A DNA stretch of 56,751 nt, the filler included, from Gonapodya sp. JEL0774 (Eukaryota), in the NCBI GenBank assembly GCA_027604505.1. It is 2 parts of 2 records of this genome, joined end to end, with 100 filler letters (N's around TTAATTAATTAA, not from the genome) between each part and the next. Parts side by side here need not be neighbours in the genome. Positions count along the whole stretch, not along the records: positions 1 to 28,378 come from JADIIX010000210.1; positions 28,479 to 56,751 come from JADIIX010000211.1. One strand, given 5' to 3'. Shown here piece after piece: positions 25,100-38,400 of the stretch. How positions within the stretch are numbered: position 1 is the first letter of the stretch; each line of letters begins with the position of its first letter. The position numbers were made by a program, and so were the translations under genes. Below the pieces are notes generated by a model. The model ran no database searches and was not told where the DNA came from. It was given only the letters and a program-made list of their open reading frames with translations.

Positions 25100-27540
25100 T
25101 CATGAATTTGGAGTGTGGCACTCCACGAGCCCCACCACAATACCATCGCCAGTAGGCTCATCTGGAGCCGCTCACACCATCCTTGTTTCACTCCTCGTAT
25201 TGTACGACTCCTCCTGTCATGGTGCCCGAACGGACAGTACTGTGTCCGATATCTCCGGCAACCATGGTCCCGAGCCCGCAGAATTCAAGAAGCTGAGTGC
25301 AACCATACAGAATCTGATCCTGCACGAGCACATCCAAAAAATCCTGGAACGTTCTCCGACGTTGCTCGATGATGGCTGGTGTGTAACGTGTGAAGAAGTC
25401 TTTTATGGGAAGACTGGGAAGCGGCGGGAGAGAAGAAAACCTGGGTTTCGGAGGGATTGCAGATTGGAAAGATTGGGAGCGGGAGATGGCGGACACTTTC
25501 CCCTTTGGCGGAGTGTAGAATGCGTTTTGAATATCGCGGTGGAGATCCAAGAAGTCCGAGTAGCGCTTGTTGAGCACCAAGATACAAGATTCAGAGTTTC
25601 GGTAGTTGGGAAGGTTAGGACGAAGGAGCTAGTGCGAGGTGATGGAGTAAGCGGCAGGCAACTACTTCCCACACACATCGAGAACACGAACCATCACCAC
25701 CACCCGATAAACGGTCACTGCCCTCGAAAAAACAGTCCATATACCCGGATCATCAACAACCCTCCCATCCGTGAACACAGTGACAGGATCAGTGACAATG
25801 ACCGCAACCCCAAGTCTTTGGTACTTGGCCGGCAAAGACTCCATTGACGGGACGGCCACTTGCGAGGGCCGCCCTAGACCGTTCGCTCGAAGTTTAAACT
25901 TTTCAAAAGGGGTAGTTAGTTTCCTTTTCAAAGTCTTGGAAGGGGGGCCACCCGCCAGCGGGTGCTTTGGCGACGTTTTGTCGCGTGCTTCCGAGGCTGC
26001 CTCCGAGGCTGCGCTGAATGTGCCGACTCCACTGGGAGGACGTGAAACGCCAACAGAGACATTGAGCACCTGATTTGTGCTCGCCACTTTGGCAAGACTA
26101 TCGTTGGAATCACCGGTGGACATCTGGGCTGAGGCGACCAGCACCCGCTGCAAGTGAAGGTGTGAATCGGAGCTGCGACGGCCGTGGCCGAGATTGCGAT
26201 CTGAGAAGCGACCGAACGAGTCATCGGATTCCCGGATTGCGACGGCGTGGGTCCGGATTGGGTTTTTGGTGACGGATGCTGCTGGGATTACATTGACCGA
26301 GCGCTGTAGTGGATTCCGTATCGGTCAGATGAAAAGAAAGGATCACCCTTTAGTTTGAAAACGCGAGACGCTCACCGATCGCGGCATGTTTTGTGTGATA
26401 GAGGAAAGGGCGTTGATGAAGGCCGACATGTTCTCTGTTGTGGTCATGCGCTTTACATGGGGCGAGCCGGATGATTTATCACTCTGGTGCTCGCTGGGAG
26501 TAGAATCACCATATTCTGATGCGGTCTCTGCAACCGACGGGGCACCAGAAACGGTGGAGCTCATGCGAAGGAGTCGGGTCCGGTTATCCTCTACTGCCGT
26601 GGAAGATGAGTTGTTGCCGTTGTTGTGGCTTGAATCAAGAGAGTTACCACCAGTGCTCTTTCTGTGATTGTAGGGGTGAAAGGCGCCGGTTTCCGTGTCT
26701 TCTCCGCTGTCTTCGGCATCCCAGTCAACATGCATGGGTTCGGCCGCGAACGCGGAAAGATCCTCAGTTTGCGGATAACTATGTCGAATAGACCGAGAAG
26801 TGGCGTAGAAACTGGAAGCGCCCGTTGGAGTCCGTCTCTTTTGGCGCGATTCAAAATTGGGGGTTTGTAGAGAGTCTGATGCGGAGAACGTGTTCTGCCC
26901 ATAGTCATAAGCACCCGGTGACAGGGATGGCGCAATGGACACGCGGTTCGAGCCCGCGACCGAATTGCGTGGTGTAGGAGTTCTCGTGCGCTCAACATCG
27001 GATAAAGGCACCGTTCCGCGATATCCCGTGACATCAGAATCCGCAAATGAACTGGAAAAAGACCCGTTGAAAGAGCGGTCCAGGGGGTTCACCGCCGAGG
27101 CCAATTTTGCCGTCATAAGTAAATCTTTCTTTGAATAATCGTAAACTTCGTGCTTCTGGAGCCGATTCTGGGGGCGTCGTGGGAGGAAAGGGTTGTTGTT
27201 GGATGCGTGTGCTGAACAAGGGAAACACCGCAAGACGATCGCCATCAGCAGAGTTTGACCAAGCTCTCACCTTACGTGTACTATGGAGATGTGTCTCCCA
27301 TTGTTTGTAGATGGCAGGAGATTTGAAAAGGTTGAACAAAAGAATTTTCTGAAGCTCCAACTTGTGTTAGGGGCTGGAACCTCGACAAATGGGAGCAATG
27401 ACTGTCGCCCGAAATCGAAAACTTCAGAGACTACAATTCTATACAAATTTTTTTGAAGTGTGGGGTCAAATTCATTGCAGCGATACGCCTGGCTAGGCCA
27501 GTCCAAGACAACCTGGGACTCACTTTATTTGAACCATCAT
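25100..27540 (-). CDS. PX (phox homology) domain protein with long Ser-rich disordered region
   Basis: C-terminal KRYSDFLDLHRDI..LPSLP.K..IIEQRRRTFQDFL..LLEF PX signature. Both ends approximate. Confidence 0.75.
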
Positions 27541-28378
27541 TCTCGTTTTAAAGAGTAACTACGCACTTCCATCGCTGGTGACCGCGCCGAAGTTAGTTAG
27601 CTTTTGCAATTCTTGCAGGCCACACTCGCTGCGGTCAGTGGACCAGCTGCTTCTTAGTTTCTGAGATCACGGAGTCAGAAGAGGAATGTTTCCCTGTCAC
27701 TTACGATACACAGGATACGTTTGAGTTCTCGGTTCATGGTCCGCCCCGACTTTGATGCTTTGATGCCGAATCTTATGTATAATATGATTGAAGATTCCCA
27801 ACGACCCCGGCGCCCCTCAAGCCCTAATGACTTGCATCTTCTAAGCCCACATTTAGTATGTCTCCCATCGTCAGTTACACAAAGGGGGATTCGAGCCGGC
27901 CCACTTTTATATTGACTATCATTCGGCTGTGGCAACACAAGAGTCACCAACGATATTGAGACATGCGTCACTGTGAAAAGAATGCTGCTCAGCCCAGCGT
28001 ACATACTCAAAGTTCTGAGAGGTGCACGTCTCTCATTTCTCTTCTTCCTCAGAGTTCATGAGAAGACTGGCGCCTGGAGTACTTCGTGGAAAGGCAGATC
28101 ACCGAAGGAAGCGTATGACAACTCTCCGGCATTTGTACCCTCGGACTTTGTAGCGTATTTGTCTTGTCCTTCCGTTTGCCGAAACTGAGTAGCGGACTAG
28201 GAGTGGGAAGCTAGCCGAGCGAGCTGCAAGAACACCCAAACCCACACACCAACGGAAGAAGTCACACATTTCCAGTACCTCGCGCTCACGAGCTCTACGG
28301 AATTTTTGGCAATCATGTCGATGAATCCGTTCCAGCAAACCACCGGAAGCGCCAGCTCGTCCCGATCGCGCCAATCAT

Positions 28379-28478
28379 NNNNNNNNNNNNNNNNNNNNNN
28401 NNNNNNNNNNNNNNNNNNNNNNTTAATTAATTAANNNNNNNNNNNNNNNNNNNNNNNNNNNNNNNNNNNNNNNNNNNN
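28379..28478. other. Assembly gap with TTAATTAATTAA linker
   Basis: 44 N + TTAATTAATTAA (28423-28434) + 44 N; the 12-mer puts stops in all six frames, typical of an artificial join. Confidence 0.9.
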
Positions 28479-28534
28479 CGTATGTTCCAATATTTAAGTC
28501 GCCGAGAATGTGCGTATTATAATTCGATTTCAGT

Positions 28535-29258
28535 CAACTTTGAAACCCACTATTGATTGATCTTCTGCCTCCGCATTTGAGACTGGGACTACGAGGTTTC
28601 TTGAAAGAACGAAGCTGGAATTCAGAGGTTCCTAGCAACGCACGGGGCAAGGATGAATGTGAGCAGGTGGACAATGGGAATCATCGTGTTTTTCAGACAC
28701 CAAGTTGGTCAGACCTCCATTCCGGCATTTCCGAGCTTGTGTGTAGATCCCTCACAGTGTCGACTTCATACTCGTTGTGGGATTCCATTGATCCCCTATT
28801 TGAGTGCACGCTCTCTGCCGCGATTATTGGACTCATATTACCTCATCTGTTTTACCGGGACAATGTGGAGAGTTTTGATGCGAACCTGGTCCATCGGTCT
28901 TCCGAGTTGTCCCTGGTGCTCTCTTTCGCGCGTGCCATGAGAAACACCATGAGTGTCAAACGTGTTGTAGGGACGGAGGAGCATGCCGAGGGTGTAGATT
29001 CCAATGCAAACGTGGTTGAGCTAGTGGAAGACCGGGTGGGATCGGCTGTGTTCCTTGCTGGCAGCATGGCAAACCATAGGTGAGGAATCATAACTCCATC
29101 TACAAGGAGACGTATCCAACGGAGCGAGTGTACTTGTTTCAGTTGTGACCCGAACTCGATAACGAGTTTCACCAGTGGAGGAATGTTGAACGTCAGACTC
29201 ATTCAAAGGGTCGAAAAGGATGGGGAAGTCACAATAAGCTATGTGGGTACTCTTATTA

Positions 29259-29293
<35 letters not shown>

Positions 29294-30308
29294 TAGAAAA
29301 GGGTCGAGGGGCGAGTGTGTACCAGACATATGGACACCACACCACAGGGAACGGGCATGAAAAACATAAACAAGACAATNNNNNNNNNNAACCTTGATTC
29401 GGTTGATGGAGCAATTGTGTCCCGCGCATAGGGTCCCACAGCTGCTGGGACGGTCAGTGCAAAACTTAGACAAGCAAAATTGCAAGAAGGGTGGGGATTC
29501 TTTTGCCGGTGCAAATCTTGCGAGCCTGATAGGTGAGGGTCACACCATCAGTCAAGTGTTTCTCAAGACGTCGTTGCTGTTATTGTGTCCCATAACAAGA
29601 CGGTTTCGCTTCATTCACAGCTCCTTTGTTAAACATCGACCAAATCCGCGCAGTGCTTTCAAGTGCGCGGAATTCTCGCGGCGACATTGCGAATACCCTG
29701 TAAAAGAAAGCGAGCAAATCTGTCCGGAATGTGGAGCTTTTCAAGATGTTGGTTCTAGGCAGAAGGCCCTTTCACTAGTGCTTTCAAAGACAGGACCCGA
29801 TGCCCCCTTGTCCTCCCTCGTTCACGCACACTCAGTTCTATCATCAATACTGCACCCCGCGAATCTTTCCCTGGCAAGACTCTCAGACCGTATTGCCCGA
29901 GCGCATGCTAGTCAAGATCAGATGTTGCTCGCATGGCCATACACATGGAATGCTGCTTGGGCGGTGGGTGAGGTGCATGGAATGGACAGTCCCGAAAGAT
30001 GTAGGGAGCTGGTAAAAGCTTGCAGCATTGCGCTTGCAGTTGCAGTAACTGGAAAGGGACATTCTTCTTCAGGGGTGCAAGGTTGGAAAGTGCAACCTTT
30101 GAAAGAAGTTTCTATTCCAGGCCCTCCACAGGTCACTCGATCATTTGTGAAAGACTTGGTGGAGGAAACAATGCATCTCTTGGACAGTTGCTTCGGCGTG
30201 ACAGTGTCTGCAGTACAATCTAAACTGAATCGCGGTGAGCCATTGACCGTGGAGGAGGAGGATGCGAACGAGTTGAGAAGGATGTGGACAATTGTCTCTC
30301 AAAATTAG
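28535..30308 (+). CDS. SMYD-type SET domain lysine methyltransferase (SMYD4-like), N-terminus missing at the gap
   Basis: Spliced: GSAVFLAGSMANH-S-CDPN, GEVTISY-GP, RQAKLQEGWGFFCRCKSC (post-SET), a CxxC knuckle (CPECG) and LHPANLSLARLSDRIARAHA. Confidence 0.85.
29261..29379 (-). mobile_element. Possible 3' end of a poly(A)-tailed retroposed insertion inside a SET-gene intron
   Basis: 29-nt T run (29261-29289) about 18 nt after the donor GTGGGT, then ~90 nt of unrelated sequence running into a 10-N gap. Confidence 0.35.
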
Positions 30309-30444
30309 GGATCGATATCATGCATTTCCAACCTAGCGTCTGCTACATGTAGTGGAAGTTCTTTCAGCGGAGCTCATACTGTATTTAAACGTCCGTAGAT
30401 CGCAGTGGGAAGAATATAAATGAGTATTCAATGTCGGATGCCCT

Positions 30445-32173
30445 TCAAAGTTTACCCTTGGCGCCTTTCCTTTGGGCTTCCACACACTGAACAAACGCAA
30501 GAACCAGATCAGCACCCCGAGTGTCCGCCCCACGACTAGCCTGTAGCAAATTCATAACGTAGGAGCTCGCAGCCCGATTTTTCACATCGAATTGCCTGTG
30601 AACAAGATGTCGGTAAGAAAAGTTTGGCATGGACGTAACATGGAAAACGTACATATGGCTACCACCGTAACCAAACCACCCGGTCCATTCCCAGCCAGGT
30701 CCCTTCATGTACTCGCTAGGATGCTCTGTAGGTACAAGGAACTGAGAAATTTGAATGATGATTACGTCAGCAAGCATTTACCGTTTGCATCAAATGCAAA
30801 ATAATACGAACTCCTTCGGGACTGCGAACCCACGATGTTCCACCAACACACGTTCTGGGAACCATGTCGAGGTGCACATCCTTCAAACCAGTTCCACGCA
30901 GCTCGAGGGCGACCGAATCATGCAATGTGGATTCATCGATAAGAGTAACACCGTCCAGCGTTCCTCCCATCGAACACTTAAAAAACGACAAAAATTCAAC
31001 TCGTGGAGAGAGAGAGGCATCAAACTGGTCCCGCACAAGACCTTGCGCTCACCAGTGCTGCCAGGCGTGCGAGCGATTGGGCATTGGAGACCGTATGCCC
31101 TGCGGGGCTTTCTCCCATTCGTAGCTTTTTATCGTTCGGAGGGACACCCGTGCTGGTTTTACCGATATTGCGGGAAACATGGTTCGGAGGGGGGATGTTC
31201 TCGGCTGGAATTAGAGTGCGATAAGCACGAATCTTGCAGTGTAGCTTTAGCATAATGGCTCACTGAGGAACTTGTACAAGCCCGGACTGGTTACCACTGG
31301 AGAATAGCGATCCTCAAGCGCAGGGTTGCTGGTGTCGAATCCACAGTACACCTCGACGCCCAACTGCTTGTTGACATCCTCCTTCATGAACTGCCCGTGA
31401 GACTTTCCAAGCCGTCGGCGGACAATCTCATTCAAGTACCATCCCTGCGTTATGGAGTGATACAGTTTGTGGTATTCGCCGTGGAAATTGTGAGGCTGAG
31501 TTGCAATCTTTCTGGCGAGTCGGTCCAAGTCGAGGATGTCGTCCACTGTCGGATTATGTTCCTTGTCAAGCCACGCTACTCCAGCACTATGCTGGCAAAG
31601 ATCTTTGATCTGTACGAAAGTAGCGTATTGAAAAACCGGAATTCGTCCCACTGTTGAGATAAAGACGACCGGCAATAGTGCATACCATCACATGTTCCTT
31701 GCCACCAGCAGCAAACTCGGGCCAGTACTGGCACACCAAATCGTCGTATCGAATCAATCCCTTAGAAACCAAATGAGCGATCGTAACTCCCAGCTGTGAC
31801 AGGTAGTTGTATGAGCACACACGATGAGGGTGTAACAAGGGTCGCAGGACCTCGACATGACTACTGACCACTGCTTTTCCACTCGAGAAGACCGTGGTAA
31901 GTGTCTTATCGCCGAATGGTTTTGTTTTCGCTTTGTCCGCCCACCCGCCAATGAGGTTTACAACACATTTACCGTCCAGCTAAAGATTCCAGGAAGAGAA
32001 GGCGTCAGGGTCTCCTGGTCAATCGGAGATACGCGTATGCAACTCACATAGGCCACGTAAGAGCTTCCAAGTTCCAATCCCTTCTCGAAATTTGCCTTGA
32101 AGACTTTCTCCACCTTCTCGAATCCCGGGGCGACGAAGCCACCGAATGGAATCGGCTTGGACGAGGAGGACAT
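30445..32173 (-). CDS. Beta-lactamase-family (class C / family VIII esterase-like) serine hydrolase
   Basis: GFVAPGFEKV.KVF, catalytic SxxK in VFSSGKAV, YWPEFAAGGKE, HSAG, LYHSITQGWYLNEIVRR and GYGGS. Confidence 0.9.
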
Positions 32174-32708
32174 TTCTTATAACCGAACTTCGAAACAACT
32201 GGATGGAGGAACGGCTCCCGACAGTGTATCACAGTGGATAAAATAAATATGCAATCTCCGCTTCGATTCCGACCAAGCCGACAAATTTGCCGTTCCCTGG
32301 CCAGTCTCCCACACAACCCCACACTTTTGGAGCCCAGCTCTTTCGAATAAACTCTATGGTTATGTAACTCAAGTCCAGAAGAACATTCAGCGTGCAGTTT
32401 ACATAATCTCGAATGCAAACAGTGCCGGTCTTGATGACTTGAGAGCAAACGACGGAAGTCTTTCCCACACTACCGAGCCACACGACTGCTCTCACGTCGC
32501 AGGCGTGTCTGGTCACATGCCAATGAATGCTGCCAAAGGACCTTATATTTCTCCAGTTACAATGAAAACAGACAGAACAAGATAGAATGCAATTCCAATG
32601 AAATTATGAAAAGGTCGCAACAGCTTTCCCTCATCTAAGTCAAGTATCCAACACTGCAAACTCAGAGACCCCACAGCAACCCGTTCACAATGCAAAAAGT
32701 CACCCGCT

Positions 32709-33868
32709 TCATACCACCCTCTTCACACCCCCAAACAGCGCCTTCTCCACAAAACGATTCCACTTTGGTGTGGCGTTGTGTGTTCGTTTGCAGAGATTGA
32801 AGACGTAACGATGTTCCTCGGCTCTGAGTGAGTCGCACTCATCCGGGGTCAGGGCAATGGTGATCCAAGAGACTGGTGGGACACGAAGAGTGAGCAGACA
32901 CATGGAATTAGGAACCAGGAATACCGTTGTGGAAGTAAGGGGGGTGGGCGACATATGATGAGTCCATGGAGAGCCATAAACCCTCCTGAGCTCACTCACC
33001 AAAATACATGACGTGAGACTCCCCATAGTGCCGGACAAGTACTGAAGTAGCTGTCGTAAAGTACATTCCGTGGGGCTCCATCACTTGTGTGTTGAACTCT
33101 TCTTGGAGCTTCGCGAGAGCTTTTTGTTGGTGTATGAGCTAAGCAGCGAGTTGGCAAGGAGGGTTTCAGGGCGAAAGTATCCTGGGTCCAAGAAAGATAA
33201 GCCACCCGTACCTTGTGTCGCCAGTAGGCTATTCCGACGACAGAAACCACGGCTAACACTGTGGAGGAAGGACGAAAGTGGGTAATGAGAACACATCATC
33301 CATATCACAATCACATCAATCAAGCCACTAACCGCTTGTAACGACTGAAAGGGAGTCCTCTTTCATGATCTCTTGAAATTTGGTCATCCACTCTTCCCTG
33401 CGAACAGTGGATCGTTTGGTTGGGGAAGAAGCGCACCTCGTGTTACTTCGTAACACGCACCATGTTTCCCGTTTCACACCTTTGGCGGCAACCTCTCTGG
33501 GAGGATTCGCAATCACAGCATGCGCCAATGCCTGTCGTTCTCCGAGGAATTTGCTCCCAAAGACATCAAGTATCAAACGGCCTTCGGTTGATGCCGGGCG
33601 GGGGAAACAGCTAGAGGACCGGCGAAAATTTAGATTCGGAACAAAGCCAGCACACGTGACCCAGGGTCTAAACTCACGCTCCCGCTGAGGAACCGTCGCC
33701 GGGTAACACGGTGTTTGGTTTGCCTTCAGCTTTGTATGGGGGTATGAGATTTTGAGAGGAAAGCGATGCTCCATCCCCGAGAGTATCGATCCATGCTTCC
33801 TCGTACGATGGAGGTGCGTCGGTGCTTTTCGAGGATTTGCGCTTCTTCAGTTCGTAATCCATTGGCAT
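32709..33868 (-). CDS. Hypothetical single-pass membrane protein with PPSY motif
   Basis: MPMDYELKKRK..APPSYEE, hydrophobic LAVVSVVGIAYW and spliceable LAKLQEEFNTQVMEPHG; only vaguely reminiscent of the Erf4/Golgin-A7 family. Confidence 0.45.
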
Positions 33869-34252
33869 TGCTTGAAATGGGAGCGAGGTGAACGATGAAG
33901 TACGAGTTCCAGAGGAGAGCGGAGAGTGTTCTGATTCAGCAGTGGAGTTGAATGTTCTTGTTGCGTGTTCAGAGGTGAGAACATCGTGGGTTTCCCTGCG
34001 CTTTTATCCAGTTTGTGGTTTCGGGGTTTTGGGTTTTGTGCGCTCACCTCCGCGGGACCTCAGCTCCCACTCCGCGCCGGCTGTGGCCTCATTGGCAGCC
34101 CCACTGTACGGTACCACGACTTTCTTCTCACTTTACCCGAACCACTGTACCTTCTTCCCACATTGGCCTTCCAAGTCTCCTGTCACGCTTTACCCTCGGT
34201 GACCGGTCATCATTTAATCTTACTCATGAAGTCTCTTCTCGAGGAAGACTGA

Positions 34253-34870
34253 ATGCTTATCCATCTTATCTATCGAATGTTGCATCTTGTCGATGACATT
34301 ATTGGCTCTAAGATCTTGTGGAAATCGTGGATTGATGCCCTGAAGGGTGTCTGCGAGACGAATGCACGACGACGATATGAAGAACACAATGCACAACGAG
34401 CGGTAGAGGAAGGACTGAAAACTATCCAACAACTTCTCATTGGCAGGAATGACGACGTGTGTAGAATGATTTCTCGGAAAGAAGGATGTAAACAGGGACA
34501 AAAGTCGTCGTCGGGATTGTTTCACATGAAAAGTCTGGAACGACTAGCCGAGATAGAGCACCAGAATGGGAATCACGCTTTCTGTGATGCTCTCTGGGAA
34601 AAAGCACTGGATCTCTTTACTCAAGCTCTCTTATCTGCTCCCAACGAATCGTCAACTCATGCGCTGGCATTGTCGCACAGTGCTGTGGTACTCCTAACTA
34701 GGGCTTGGCATGCGGAGCGAATGCCTTCGGGACATCGAACGAGTGTTGGCCTTGCCACAAACAGCACGTGGGCCCGTCCTAAGGGCGAAAACTTCTAACG
34801 CGTGTGGCCAACTGTCTGCCCATGGACGTCTCGGTGAAATCGTCCGCCTCCCAGAATCGCCGAGGCAAAG
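34253..34870 (+). pseudogene. Frameshifted, truncated TPR N-terminus of a SMYD4-like gene
   Basis: GNHAF..LWEKALDLFTQAL..ALALSHSAVVLLTR, then a +1 shift near 34700 into LGMRSECLRDIERVLAL; no SET domain follows. Confidence 0.6.
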
Positions 34871-34997
34871 AGCTCAATCAGTCTCTGTGAACAATCGTAG
34901 GGACTCAAGGGCGCGAATGTCTGATTGTAATAAGAATATAATCGCCCTAATGAATGGAATTGCTAGCGATCAACGAACCGGACAGAGACTGGGAACA

Positions 34998-35160
34998 ACA
35001 TTCTCTCCACCGTCTCGAATCCCGGGGCAATAAAGCCACCGAATGGAATCGGTTTGGACGAGGAGGACATTTCTTATATCAGAACTTCGAAACAGCTGGA
35101 TGGAGGAACGGCTCGCGACGGTGACCGCAATGAACAAATAATGCAATCTGTACTTCGCTG
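34998..35160 (-). pseudogene. Degenerate copy of the 5' end of the beta-lactamase-family gene
   Basis: Clear nucleotide match to ~32102-32270; reads MSSSSKPIPFGGFIAPG from ATG 35071, then frameshifts. Confidence 0.85.
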
Positions 35161-35450
35161 AATCGACTACCTCGCCTGACAAAAAGAGAGGTCCTGGGTC
35201 TTATTTCTGTATGGGAACAACGTTATTGTCCGGAGTGAGCACGCAAGGATCATGGTCCCGGTGGGAGAATGAACGTGAAAGTGGGAATAAACAGAATGTA
35301 ATTGCGAGAGTGCGTGCGAATATCAAAAAAAAAGTATCATTGAATAGAACCTCCACTGAACCCGCCGCCCAGTTCGCATCAAAAATTGCAAGAATTGGGG
35401 TCGCTTCTCTGGCTCGACCTGAATATGTACAAACAACCACAGCCTCTATC

Positions 35451-38400
35451 TTATTTCTTCTTTCGCACAGTCTTACGAGAGGTCGCGCTTGACAATGTGT
35501 GTTGCACTTTGCGTGGAAGGGATTCCGCAGTTTGTTCGCGCTTCTCCTGTTCTCGCTTGGCGATCTGGCGGTTGATGAAGACAGAGGGAGGTGAACTTCG
35601 TGATGATCTTCAGAGCAATAAAATAAACTATTCCCTCACCTCCCGTGCCGACTTGGCCTTGAGCTCTTCCCTGGTCAGTGGTCTCTCACCTTCACCGTCC
35701 CCATCCGAATCCCTCTCATCGCTGGGTGGTACAACATTGGAAGAGATAGACGTCACGCAAAATGTTCGCAAATCAATCCAATGTCACTCACGTCTGCGGG
35801 ACTTCCACCACGAGTCCACCGACTGGTGGCGCTGGTCCGACTCCGAGCATCCGATCAGCAGGAGCACCACCGGCGACAACGCCGTCTACCGCGGCTACGT
35901 TTTCCGCTGCTGGCTTTCTTGTGAGACTTGCCACAAGGAAGTTGAGCAGCAGCAAATCCGTGGTGCGCTTCTCCAAGTAAGCCAATGCATGCGACGTGAA
36001 CCCCGCAGGATCTTGCGGTTTGGTTGGTGTGTCGTGTGGGCGCGGCAGGACCAACAGTGCTGGCGCAATCGCAGGAACGTCTGGAACCTGGGACAACAAA
36101 CTGGCCAACTCCGAATCCGTACGTGTTAGTGCGGCCAGAGAACTCGTTTGCTCCTGCGTAACCAAATTTTGCGACGAATGCGATGAAAGATATTCTCGGG
36201 ATCCGTGAACAGACGGAGCCACTGGATCCACGACGTCCACTGAAAACCTGAGTGCCTTGCGGGCAGACTTGACACGCGGCTTGGCTCCAGCACTGCCTGG
36301 CCGAGATGCCGGAGTTCTCCTCCCGCTCTCTTCGGACGATGGTGCTGTTCCCGGTCGAGAGCCCGACGTATCCTGGTGGCCCCTTTCTGTGGCTTTGTCC
36401 CCGTCTGCACGGGAGTTCAGTGCTCCCCCTCCGGTTCCAATTTCTCCCGTGACCTCAGGTAACTCGGGGACCTCAAGCACCCCAACTTCTTTTCTTGGCT
36501 TGTGTGACAAAACACTCTTGATCTCCTTGTGCTTTTCCCTGTGGGTGCGATCACGCCCACCCTGCTGTGTTGTGGTTCCAGATCCTGGGCCTGCTCCCAA
36601 CGGCCCCGCACCGACAGCGGCTCCCCCCAATCCAAACACGGATAATATCGGACCGAGTTCTGCAAGCTTTGCAAGCGCGAGCGCAGCATGCTCTCGAAGA
36701 GAGGAGAGGTCGAGGTGGAACTGGGCGAGCTCGGTCTCGTGGTTGGCACGGCGCATGGTTAAAGTGGAAAGGGCCGTCTGAACGGCAACGAAAGCGATGA
36801 AGTGTGGGGAGGAAAGCATTTTTTAGACAGAAGGAAGGAATTGAGTTGGACGCCCAGGATATTGCAAACCGACAAAAGCGGTTCGAACGCATGCGATGGG
36901 CGCGAAGCCACGATCGGACCCACCTCCAACTTCTTGACCCTGCCCATAGTCTCCTTTTCGTCCGCGTCGCCTTCTTTTCTGAGCTCGGCAATCTTTGCTT
37001 GCAAGGTTGCGATTTCTTCGTTTGCGACTTCGACTTCGTTGTTGATCTGGGGGGTTGCGGTTGAGAAGACAGGGACAAGCGCAACACTTAAGGCACAGAA
37101 GAATCCTACTTTAACACGCTCAATAATCTTCTCACCTCGGTCACGAAATTGAACAGACTGAAATTCTCCCCTTCCAGCCCAGCCACCCTCTTCACCACCC
37201 TCTCCACCTGCGCCGTGGTTGGCACGCCTTCCACAACCATTCCCACCACCTCGCCCACTTCCTTCCACACATCCTGATAATAAGACAAAAGCGCAGACGG
37301 GGCCATGACCGCTGTATTCGCGCCCCAAGTGCGCGACATGGCAGCGGCACGTGACGGTGAGTCGGGAGACGATGCCAGAGCGGCCGAGGCCGAGTCGACG
37401 AGGAGGGAAGAGACGGGACTTGCGGATTTGAGACCTGCAGCAGATTCGCCCGACATGCCGGGCTGTCCCTGGGGGGATGTTCCAGACTCGGCACCGCGCA
37501 GTTTCCTTCTGGCCGCAACCGCAGACCTGGTACTCGCCGCGTGAGATCTGGCGGTGCGAGCAGACCTAGCTTCTCCGGTTTTGGCAGCCATGAATTCTTT
37601 GAGTTTGCGGTCTTGTTCGAGGATGCGGTCGAGTTCTTTGATTTCCGAGAGGTATGCTTGGTGCTCCTTGTCGGATTTTTCCTTGAGGGCCGCGAGCTTG
37701 GATTGGGAGTCGTCCCTATTATGGAGTGCAGAGTGGGGTGGGGTCGGTGATGTGGATGACAATAGGGTGTGGATTGAGGTCGAGAGAAGGACTTTTGTAG
37801 TGCTCACTCCCGCCCAACGACCTGGAACCCACCTCGCCTCATACGCCACGCCACTCTCCTCCACCACCTCCGCCATTCTCCTCTTGCACCCCATGACCTC
37901 TCTCTCGACCCGTCCCGCTACTCTGTCAAACATGCCTCGCTCGAACCTGAGGGCGGACACCGTGTCCCGTAGGTGGCGGAGACGGAGTAACGAGGTGTTG
38001 TACTTTTGAAGCGCTTGGTCGAGCCGAGATTCGAGGGAAAGTATCTGCTTCGGGGAGGGTGCGGGAAGGGATGTCGCCATGTTGGTGTTGTTGGGGATGG
38101 AGGTGTGAGGACGAGCTGGGAGAGACGGGGTGGTTGGGGATGGGGATGACGATGGATGTGAGGTCGAGTCAGTGATGGTTGGGTTGGTGTTCGGTCCAGA
38201 GGGGGATCCGGGAGTCCCCAAGGAGCCGGGCAAGGTCTTGTGACTGGAGGCGGGTGCAGATCGGGCGGGGCGGCGTGCGCGGTCGAGGGAAGCGATTTGT
38301 GAAGAAAGAGTTCCTAGGTGTGAGTGAAGACTGCGAAGTTTGGTGGAGAGGGCCTCTGTAGGTGTGAATGGGGATGGGGAGGGGAGGATGTTCAGAGTTT

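Noticed and set aside
25041..25847. 268-aa plus-strand ORF
   Set aside because: Antisense to the PX-domain exons; no motifs of its own.
27675..28378. Possible 3' end of a minus-strand gene next to the linker gap
   Set aside because: Frame and family could not be determined.
28423..28434. TTAATTAATTAA as a piggyBac TTAA site or biological palindrome
   Set aside because: It is centred in a symmetric N run, so it is an assembly linker.
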